Shown here: positions 57,424 to 64,000 of the stretch, one piece after another
Position numbering within the stretch: position 1 is the first letter of the stretch
Layout: the number at the start of each line of letters is the position of its first letter
Assembly: GCA_947626145.1 (NCBI GenBank)
Contig: CANQRB010000006.1
Location: 11 to 64,010, forward strand
Length of the DNA: 64,000 nt
From: an uncultured Clostridia bacterium
GTDB lineage: Bacteria; Bacillota; Clostridia; UMGS1883
Reading direction: 5' to 3'
Translations under genes and position numbers: made by a program
The notes under the pieces: generated by a model
What the model was told of the DNA's origin: nothing
What the model saw: the letters and a program-made list of their open reading frames with translations, nothing else
Database searches by the model: none

Positions 57424-59082
57424 TCACACGGGCTTGAAGCTGCTCTTAAGCGGGGCGGTTCGGTTAAACACGCCGGGATTTTTGCTGTCGTGAGTGAAAT
57501 ATCCCGTCCGCACGAACTGGAACGGCACGCCCGGCTCCTCGTTGAGAAGAGAAGGCTCCACCTTGGCGTCGGCGTAGACAGTCATCGAGTCGGGATTTAT
57601 GAAGCTGTCGAAGTTGTCGTCCTCAAGGAGGGTGGCCACATTTTCCTTATTAAATATGCTGTCGTAGTAGCGTACCTCGGCGTCAGCGGCGTGATCCGCG
57701 CTGAGCCAGTGTATATTGCCCTTGACCTTGCGGCCGTCGGCGGGCTTGCCGTTGCCGGTTTCCAGATCCACCGTACACTCCAGCCCGGTCACTCTGCCCT
57801 CCGCATCCTTTATGACCTTATTGCAGCGCATGATATAAGCTCCCATGAGACGAACCTCGCCGCCGGGGATCAGACGCTTGAAGCCGGGAACGGGTACCTC
57901 CATGAAGTCGCTCCGCTCTATCCACAGCTCGGGGCCGAAGGGCATGGCCCGAACGCCCTCCTCGGGCTTTTGCGGATGGTTAGGCAGATCAAAGGTTTCG
58001 CTGCGGTTCTCGGGATAGTTGGTTATTTTCACCTTCAAAGGCTCCATTACCGCCACGCGGCGCAGGGCGCTGTCGTTGAGCTCCTCGCAGATGCAGTATT
58101 CCAGCAGCTTTATGTCCGCCATGGAGTCGGCCTTGGCCACTCCGCTGCGGCGGATGAAGTCCAGAATGGCGGCGGGAGTGTAGCCCCTGCGGCGAAGACC
58201 CAGCAGGGTAGGCATACGGGGATCGTCCCAGCCGTCCACATAGCCCATTTCCACCAGCTTGCGGAGGTAGCGCTTGCTCATGACGGTGTAGGTCATGTTC
58301 AGGCGGGCGAACTCCCACTGATGGGGCCGGGGATCAAAGCCCAGATTTTCAACGACCCAGTTGTACAGGGGCCGATGGTTCTCGAACTCGATGGAGCAAA
58401 GGGAGTGGGTTATGCCCTCCAGAGCGTCCTGAATGGGGTGAGCAAAGTCGTACATGGGATAAATGCACCACTTGTCCCCCTGGCGGTGATGGTGGGCGTA
58501 AAGTATGCGATAAATAACCGGATCCCGCATATTCATGTTAGGCGAGGACATATCTATCTTGGCCCGCAGGGTACGGCTGCCCTCGGGGAACTCCCCGGCC
58601 TTCATCCGGCGGAAGAGGTCGAGATTTTCCTCCACGGAGCGGTTCTTGTAGGGGCTGTCCTTGCCGGGAGCGGTGAGGGTGCCTCGGTATTCGGCCATTT
58701 CCTCGTGACTGAGGTCACAGACAAAGGCCTTGCCGTCCATGATGAGCTTCTCCGCCAGCTCGTAGCACTTGTCAAAGTAGTCGCTGCCGTAGAAAATGTG
58801 ATCCGGCTCGCAGCCCAGCCAGCGTAGGTCGGCCTCGATGGCCCGGACGAACTCGTCGTCCTCCTTGACGGGATTGGTGTCGTCATAGCGCAGGTTGAAC
58901 TCTCCGCCGTGCTTCTTCGCGGCGGTGTAGTTTATCCAGATAGCCTTGGCGCTGCCTATATGGAGGTAGCCGTTGGGCTCGGGAGGAAAACGGGTGTGGA
59001 CGTGGTTCTCCCGTCCCGAGGCCAGATCGTCCTCAATTATATCGTTGATAAAGTTGGAATATATCTCTTCCATCGGTGTCAT
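57424..59082 (-). CDS. glnS: Glutamine--tRNA ligase
   Basis: ~552 aa from ATG 59082, or 549 aa from ATG 59073. HIGH motif (YLHIGSAK) and KMSKS variant VMSKR. The track ORF start at 59208 is implausible because it lies upstream of the promoter. Confidence 0.93.
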   Translation of the reverse strand: MTPMEEIYSNFINDIIEDDLASGRENHVHTRFPPEPNGYLHIGSAKAIWINYTAAKKHGGEFNLRYDDTNPVKEDDEFVRAIEADLRWLGCEPDHIFYGSDYFDKCYELAEKLIMDGKAFVCDLSHEEMAEYRGTLTAPGKDSPYKNRSVEENLDLFRRMKAGEFPEGSRTLRAKIDMSSPNMNMRDPVIYRILYAHHHRQGDKWCIYPMYDFAHPIQDALEGITHSLCSIEFENHRPLYNWVVENLGFDPRPHQWEFARLNMTYTVMSKRYLRKLVEMGYVDGWDDPRMPTLLGLRRRGYTPAAILDFIRRSGVAKADSMADIKLLEYCICEELNDSALRRVAVMEPLKVKITNYPENRSETFDLPNHPQKPEEGVRAMPFGPELWIERSDFMEVPVPGFKRLIPGGEVRLMGAYIMRCNKVIKDAEGRVTGLECTVDLETGNGKPADGRKVKGNIHWLSADHAADAEVRYYDSIFNKENVATLLEDDNFDSFINPDSMTVYADAKVEPSLLNEEPGVPFQFVRTGYFTHDSKNPGVFNRTAPLKSSFKPV

Positions 59083-59131
59083 CCTTTCGGCGCGGAACTG
59101 CCGTAGTCCCGCATACTTATGATCAAAATTT

Positions 59132-59160
59132 ATTATACACCATTGTTCTCCAAAAATCAA
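59132..59160 (-). promoter_or_regulatory. Putative sigma-A promoter of glnS
   Basis: Minus strand reads TTGATT, 17-bp spacer, TATAAT. Confidence 0.55.
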
Positions 59161-59300
59161 TACAAACTTAGCTAAGTTATAATCTTGTTTTTTGTTTATA
59201 TTTGTCAAAATCGAAAAAATTTACAAAAGGGGTCTTGAATTATTTCTCATTTTGGTATATTATATAGGGGAGAGATTTTAATATACAGGAGGAACCCCCT

Positions 59301-60422
59301 ATGAGTGACATCAAAAGAATAGCTATCCTCACCGGCGGCGGAGACTGTCCCGGTCTCAACGCCGTTATCCGTGCCGTGACAAAGACGGCGATATGCAAGT
59401 ACGGCCTTGAGGTGGTCGGCGTACGTAAGGGCTACCACGGCCTTTATCACAAGGACTTTGTGCCCCTGACTCTGGACAGCGTTCAGGAGATACTCGGCGA
59501 GGGCGGCACCATCCTCAAGAGCTCGAATAAGGACAATCTTTTCATATACCCCATCCGTGACGAAAACGACAACATCGTCCGGGACGAAAACGGCAAGATA
59601 ATGTATCACGACGTCAGCGACGTGGCCGTGCAGAACCTTAAGGACGCCGGCATCGACGCTCTGTTCATTCTGGGCGGGGACGGAACACTCACCAGCGGCC
59701 GGGACTTCTCCCGCAAGGGCGTGAACGTTATCGGCATACCCAAGACCATAGACAACGATCTGGCCGAAACGGACTATACCTTCGGCTTCGACACCGCCAT
59801 CACCGTGGCCACCGAGTCCTTTGACCGCATCCGCACCACCGCCAAGTCCCACGGCCGCATCATGGTTGTCGAGATAATGGGCCGGGGAGCCGGCTGGCTC
59901 ACCCTCCACGGCGGCATCGCCGGAGCGGCGGACGTTATACTTATTCCCGAAATTCCCTATGATATAAACAAGGTGGCCGACAAGATAAAGGCCGACTTTG
60001 CCAAGGGCAAGGATTTTGCCATAGTAGCCTGCGCCGAGGGCGCCAAGCCCAAGGACGGCGAGGCCGTAGTGCTCAAGGTTCGCGAGGACAGCCCCGATCC
60101 CATCCGTCTGGGCGGAGTTTCACAGGTGGTCGCCGACCAGCTTGAGGAGCTTTGTCACAACGAGGCCCGGGCCACCGTGCTGGGACACACTCAGCGGGGC
60201 GGCGTTACCACCGGCCACGACCGCATCCTCTCCTCCCGTTACGGATACGCGGCTGTGGAGCTGGCCATGCAGGGCAAGTTCGGCAACATCGTGGCCCTTC
60301 ACGGCGACGAGATCGGCTATGCCTCCCTTGAGGACGTTATCGGTCAAAAGACCAAGAACGTCGATCCCAATGGCGAGCTTGTTCAGATGGCGAAGGCTCT
60401 GGGTATCTGCTTCGGCGACTGA
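59301..60422 (+). CDS. pfkA: 6-phosphofructokinase (PFK-A family; phosphoryl donor uncertain)
   Basis: 373 aa; motifs GGGDCPGLNAVIR, ILGGDGT and IPKTIDNDL. Confidence 0.9.
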   Translation: MSDIKRIAILTGGGDCPGLNAVIRAVTKTAICKYGLEVVGVRKGYHGLYHKDFVPLTLDSVQEILGEGGTILKSSNKDNLFIYPIRDENDNIVRDENGKIMYHDVSDVAVQNLKDAGIDALFILGGDGTLTSGRDFSRKGVNVIGIPKTIDNDLAETDYTFGFDTAITVATESFDRIRTTAKSHGRIMVVEIMGRGAGWLTLHGGIAGAADVILIPEIPYDINKVADKIKADFAKGKDFAIVACAEGAKPKDGEAVVLKVREDSPDPIRLGGVSQVVADQLEELCHNEARATVLGHTQRGGVTTGHDRILSSRYGYAAVELAMQGKFGNIVALHGDEIGYASLEDVIGQKTKNVDPNGELVQMAKALGICFGD

Positions 60423-60465
60423 CCGGCGCAACTTGCCGCTATACAAAAAAATTTCAAAAAACCCC

Positions 60466-60494
60466 TTGACAAATGGCGTCTGACATAGTATAAT
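60466..60494 (+). promoter_or_regulatory. Consensus sigma-A promoter of the tRNA cluster
   Basis: TTGACA, 17-bp spacer, TATAAT. It is followed by an 8-bp-stem leader hairpin, GTCGGCGG...CCGCCGAC (60501-60537). Confidence 0.7.
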
Positions 60495-60543
60495 AAACAA
60501 GTCGGCGGTTCCGGCGTCAGCGGTTCCGGCCGCCGACCGACAT

Positions 60544-60619
60544 TCCTCAATAGCTCAGTCGGTAGAGCATGCGGCTGTTAACCGCAGGGTCGTTGGTTCG
60601 AGTCCAACTTGAGGAGCCA
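60544..60619 (+). tRNA. tRNA-Asn (GTT)
   Basis: The cloverleaf folds by hand: acceptor TCCTCAA/TTGAGGA, anticodon loop CTGTTAA, T-loop GGTTCGAGTCC, encoded CCA. Confidence 0.93.
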
Positions 60620-60622
60620 CCC

Positions 60623-60697
60623 GGCCCGATGGTCAAGCGGTTAAGACACCGCCCTTTCACGGCGGTAGCACGGGTTCGATTCCCGTTCGGGTCACCA
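60623..60697 (+). tRNA. tRNA-Glu (TTC)
   Basis: GGCCCGATGGTCAAGCGGTTAAGAC..., anticodon loop CTTTCAC, encoded CCA. Confidence 0.93.
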
Positions 60698-60717
60698 ATG
60701 ACCATCACGGTCATTGC

Positions 60718-60794
60718 GGGCCATTAGCTCAGTTGGTTAGAGCATCCGGCTCATAACCGGACGGTCCAAGGTTCGAGTCCTTGATGGCCCACCA
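60718..60794 (+). tRNA. tRNA with CAT anticodon (elongator Met or lysidine-modified Ile2; not an initiator)
   Basis: Acceptor GGGCCAT/ATGGCCC, anticodon stem-loop TCCGG-CTCATAA-CCGGA, encoded CCA. It lacks the three G:C pairs and the 1:72 mismatch of initiator tRNA. Confidence 0.9.
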
Positions 60795-60800
60795 TTAACG

Positions 60801-60833
60801 AAAAACACGGCTCATTTGGAGCCGTGTTTTTTT
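60801..60833. terminator. Bidirectional intrinsic terminator (tRNA cluster / lipase gene)
   Basis: AAAAACACGGCTC-ATTT-GGAGCCGTGTTTTTTT. Confidence 0.8.
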
Positions 60834-60848
60834 GCGGTAGTGCCAATT

Positions 60849-62159
60849 TTAAAAACCTCTCCTTTTCAGGTCGGCCACAAGCTGAACATAAAACTCCCGT
60901 ACATCGAAGCCGGGTATGTTTTCCCGATTAAGGTCGATCATGTCGCCGTGGGATATGCCGCGCTTGCCGGAGGGCTCAATACAGGTGAACTTTTCGCCCC
61001 AGACAAAGGACTTCTCCGACACAAGGCCGTCGTTCGGGCCGTCAAAATACCTGACAAGGTCATAGGTAAAATTCAGCGGAAAACGCCCGCCGGAGGCCCT
61101 GACGAGGCGGGAGCCCACGCTCTGGCAGAAAACGCCCTCCGGTGCGGGATAGACCTCGGTTCTTGCGCCGGCGGCCAGATCACGGACGGCGGCCTCGAAG
61201 TCGGGCTCCTTCTCCCCCAGCTTTTTCATGGCGGCGTTATAGGTGCCGGCCAGCCGCTTCAAAGTGGGTACGGGCACCTTTTTCAGCAGATAGTCGGCGA
61301 ACTCGCAGCCCCGATGCGGCGTGTTTACCGTGGTTATGGAGGCTATGTACCCTGCCGCGCCAAAGTGCTCCGCCGCGCAGAGAGTGTCAAGGCCGCCCTT
61401 GGAGTGGGCGATAACGTTAACCTTGCCGCCGGCGGCCACCTCTTTTATCCGCTCGGCCAGCTCCCGTCCGCAGTCCTCCACCGAGGCCGCCGACCGCTGG
61501 TTGCCGTAGAACAGCCGGGCGCCGTTTTTCTCCAGCTCCGCCGGTATCCTGCCCCAGTAATTGAGGAACCGCCAGTCCCGGAAGAACACCCCGTGTACCA
61601 GCAGCACCGGATATTTCGTGGCGCAAATTTTCTCCGCCCGCCGCTTTTCGTCAAGGCGTATTTTTTCCGTTTCGGTTTCCACCTCGGCGGAGACCGTTTT
61701 TATTATCACGCCCAGCATAAACAGGTGGGCCACCGGCACCATTCCCAGTACCAGCCCCGCCGTCCGCAGCCTTATTCCCAGCTGTGCCGAGGTACAGTAA
61801 ACGGAGATTATGCCGTTCCAGAAGATAAGCGCCTCCGCCAGGACGCACACCAGCGCCCCGATAAGCCACTGACGCCAGCCCTCGGGCCGTGAAATGAGGC
61901 CCGCCAGCTGGATAGCTATTGAAAAGGGCAGGGACAGGGCAAAGGTCTTGAGGCAGAGCTCCCCGTGGCCGCAGAATTTCAGCCTAAGCCCCGGCAGCCG
62001 CCGGACAAAGAACGGCAGGATATTCGTCGCGGCGAGGCCGAGGATAAATACCCACAGAGGCAGAACGCCCCGTAACGGCCCCGGCGAAAAGGAGTTGGCC
62101 AGAATTACCGTAACCGCGGCGTTGAGAACCGTGAAAATTATTTGTGGCGCTTTTTTCAA
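60849..62159 (-). CDS. Membrane-anchored alpha/beta-hydrolase (lipase/esterase) with multi-TM N-terminal domain
   Basis: 436 aa. About 6 predicted TM helices occupy the first ~190 aa. The C-terminal lipase-like domain has LLVHG and the nucleophile elbow AHSKGG. Confidence 0.8.
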   Translation of the reverse strand: MKKAPQIIFTVLNAAVTVILANSFSPGPLRGVLPLWVFILGLAATNILPFFVRRLPGLRLKFCGHGELCLKTFALSLPFSIAIQLAGLISRPEGWRQWLIGALVCVLAEALIFWNGIISVYCTSAQLGIRLRTAGLVLGMVPVAHLFMLGVIIKTVSAEVETETEKIRLDEKRRAEKICATKYPVLLVHGVFFRDWRFLNYWGRIPAELEKNGARLFYGNQRSAASVEDCGRELAERIKEVAAGGKVNVIAHSKGGLDTLCAAEHFGAAGYIASITTVNTPHRGCEFADYLLKKVPVPTLKRLAGTYNAAMKKLGEKEPDFEAAVRDLAAGARTEVYPAPEGVFCQSVGSRLVRASGGRFPLNFTYDLVRYFDGPNDGLVSEKSFVWGEKFTCIEPSGKRGISHGDMIDLNRENIPGFDVREFYVQLVADLKRRGF

Positions 62160-62264
62160 TTAATGTGCCTCCCACTGTTTCATATACGGTAATTATAGCA
62201 CAAAATGACGGAAAAAACAAGAGCGGAGCGCAAACTGCGCTTTTTCTGCGCGAACGGCGGCCCA

Positions 62265-62293
62265 TTGACAAAGGGGCTTTGGTGTGGTATCAT
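62265..62293 (+). promoter_or_regulatory. Putative promoter of the AAA ATPase gene
   Basis: TTGACA, 17-bp spacer, TGgTATCAT (extended -10). Confidence 0.5.
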
Positions 62294-62314
62294 TATCTCA
62301 ATGGAAGTGATGAG

Positions 62315-63043
62315 ATGAACGAGCTTTACATAACCGAAATATCGCTGAAAGAGAGAAGGAACGGCTACCCCTTCAGTATTCCGGCCATCGGCAGCCTCGG
62401 CGTGCTGGAGCTGACGGCACCGGTGACATTTTTCACCGGCGCAAACGGCAGCGGCAAGTCCACCCTGCTGGAGGCCATAGCAGTGGCCTGGGGCTTCAAC
62501 GCCGAGGGCGGGTCGCGGAACATGAGCTTTTCCACCTACGATAGCCACAGTCCCCTCTACAACAGTCTCAGGCTGGCAAAAGGCCCATATCGGCCTAAGG
62601 ACGGCTTTTTCCTGCGTGCGGAGAGCTATTACAACGTGGCCAGCCACATCGAGGAGCTGGACGCCCAGCCCGCCTTCGCCCCAATGATCAAGATGGCATA
62701 CGGCGGCAGCCTTCACGAAAAATCTCACGGCGAATCCTTCGCCGCCCTGCTCAACGAACGCCTCGGCGGCATGGGACTGTATCTGTTCGACGAGCCGGAG
62801 GCCGCCCTTTCGATCGACACACAGCTTGTCGCGCTGGCCCGCATAAGGGAGCTGGCGGAGGAACGGTCACAGTTCATCATCGCCACCCACTCCCCCATTC
62901 TGCTGGCCTATCCCGGGGCGGAGATTCTGTCCTTCGACGGCGGAAAGATAAAGCCCGTGGCCTATGAGGACACGGACATCTATCGGGTGTATAAGTATTT
63001 TCTGAATAACCGGGAGCGTATGCTCGCGGAGCTGGGATTTTGA
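62315..63043 (+). CDS. Stand-alone AAA/ABC-type ATPase (COG3910-like)
   Basis: 242 aa from ATG 62315. Walker A GANGSGKST, Walker B LYLFDEPEAALS, H-loop ATHSP. No TM or partner domain. Confidence 0.8.
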   Translation: MNELYITEISLKERRNGYPFSIPAIGSLGVLELTAPVTFFTGANGSGKSTLLEAIAVAWGFNAEGGSRNMSFSTYDSHSPLYNSLRLAKGPYRPKDGFFLRAESYYNVASHIEELDAQPAFAPMIKMAYGGSLHEKSHGESFAALLNERLGGMGLYLFDEPEAALSIDTQLVALARIRELAEERSQFIIATHSPILLAYPGAEILSFDGGKIKPVAYEDTDIYRVYKYFLNNRERMLAELGF

Positions 63044-63049
63044 TATTCC

Positions 63050-64000
63050 TTATCTGTTCACTGTCACAACTATCCCCTCGCCGCCCTTGGGTTGGCACAG
63101 AAGGCCATCGGCAAGGCAGGACTCGGTCAAGTCCGAAAGGCCGCGTATGCCGGCGATGAGATCGGCGTAATTTCGGTACTCCCCGTTCAAATGTACGGGG
63201 AGCCGTTTCTTCATGAAAGTTCCCAATTCATCGGCTATTTTTTCGCAAATATCGTCAAGCCCGTCGGCAAGACCGACGCTCAAAGCGTGAAAGGCCTCAA
63301 TGCCATTCCCGTCCAGCACAATGACGTTCGGTTCGAGAAGGCCGCCGTTCTTCCGTACATAACCGGCCTCGATGGCCTTGGCGGCGGACTCCCTGTCGCT
63401 TTCGGACAGATTAGCGGCCTCAAGACCGCCAATAGAGCGCAGAAGCATGAGCAGCGCCGGATTTTGGGAGGTATTCTCACAACACGCAAAGGATTGTTTC
63501 AGCCGTTTTCCGTAACGGTTTTCCATATGAACATATTTGTAGCCGCAGATGTCGGCGGCGTCTGTGCCGTCGTTCCCGTAAAAGTCAAATTTGGGTCTGT
63601 CCTCGGGCCGAACGGCTATGGCCACGGCGGTAAAGGGTCTGCCGGCGGGCCGAACGCCGGAGTAAAACCGCTTTTCCACCAGCTCCCGCACAATTCCCTC
63701 TATTTTATACCAGCATCGGTTTATCATGCTCCAAAGCAGGAACTCCGGCTCCCGACGTGGGCCGAGGAAGGGAAGGCTTTCGATTTCCGCCCGCTTTTCC
63801 TCAACGGCGGAACGTACCCGGTCGCAGACCTCGGGCATATACCTTTCATAAATTTTGTTGGCGGCGTCGTATTCCTCATAGTCCACAAGCACAACATTGG
63901 TTATATACCTGTCTCCCTCCAGCTTCCGCAGCAGACCGTAGCTTCCGTTTTCACCCTTGCACTGTATATCAAGCTCTTCCTCGACATAGGGCATCGGCAC
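63050..64000 (-). CDS. Hypothetical protein, 5'-truncated by the window edge
   Basis: The open frame runs to the window end (316 codons visible). Codon usage looks coding, but I recognise no domain. Confidence 0.55.
   Translation of the reverse strand: MPMPYVEEELDIQCKGENGSYGLLRKLEGDRYITNVVLVDYEEYDAANKIYERYMPEVCDRVRSAVEEKRAEIESLPFLGPRREPEFLLWSMINRCWYKIEGIVRELVEKRFYSGVRPAGRPFTAVAIAVRPEDRPKFDFYGNDGTDAADICGYKYVHMENRYGKRLKQSFACCENTSQNPALLMLLRSIGGLEAANLSESDRESAAKAIEAGYVRKNGGLLEPNVIVLDGNGIEAFHALSVGLADGLDDICEKIADELGTFMKKRLPVHLNGEYRNYADLIAGIRGLSDLTESCLADGLLCQPKGGEGIVVTVNR

Noticed and set aside
59083-59131. T-box leader upstream of glnS.
   Set aside because: The leader is only ~45 nt from the predicted TSS. 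It has no specifier or T-box sequence and no antiterminator.
60718-60794. The CAT-anticodon tRNA as an initiator tRNA-fMet.
   Set aside because: Its anticodon stem lacks the three consecutive G:C pairs, and positions 1:72 are paired (G:C). It therefore looks like an elongator Met or an Ile2 (lysidine) tRNA.

Overview
This is a chromosomal, mostly housekeeping window from a GC-rich Clostridia-type Firmicute. That assignment is an inference from gene order, protein motifs and a type-A RNase P RNA.

Gene content, left to right:
- 0.3-15.7 kb: cell-wall amidase, esterase, nrdR, rpiB, tsaB-tsaE, fhs, an OmpR/histidine-kinase pair with a GerM lipoprotein, an ABC-F ATPase, uppP, ftsK, a small membrane protein and rnpB.
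- 16.1-31.7 kb (minus strand): the complete S10-spc-alpha ribosomal super-operon, rpsJ to rplQ, including secY, adk, map, infA, rpmJ and rpoA.
- 32.2-36.9 kb: hicAB toxin-antitoxin, pyrE, a lipoprotein, a GNAT acetyltransferase and argF-argD.
- 37.4-50.3 kb (minus strand): the dcw cluster mraZ-rsmH-ftsL-PBP-murE-mraY-ftsW-murG-murA-ftsQ-ftsZ.
- Right end: copA, a HAD phosphatase, rpsT, a DUF1015-Wzz-BY-kinase operon, glnS, pfk, three tRNAs (Asn, Glu, CAT), a membrane-anchored lipase, an AAA/ABC-type ATPase and a truncated unknown ORF.

I saw no CRISPR array, transposase, integrase or phage genes. More than a dozen intergenic regions carry near-consensus -35 / 17-bp spacer / -10 promoters, which delimit the operons.

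The non-coding DNA is the unusual part:
1. A mosaic multi-hairpin repeat family occurs at three loci, and one copy shows a compensatory stem substitution.
2. A ~285-bp element bounded by terminal inverted repeats carries a bidirectional terminator. It sits a few bp after the stop codons of rplQ and ftsZ.
3. A heptamer-array (AATGAGG)n element family shares a central module with the hairpin family. It is involved in a ~165-bp tandem duplication that copies the 3' end of the GNAT gene.
4. A ~290-nt structured leader with two terminator-like hairpins precedes rpsJ.

All identity estimates are by eye. No database search was possible.
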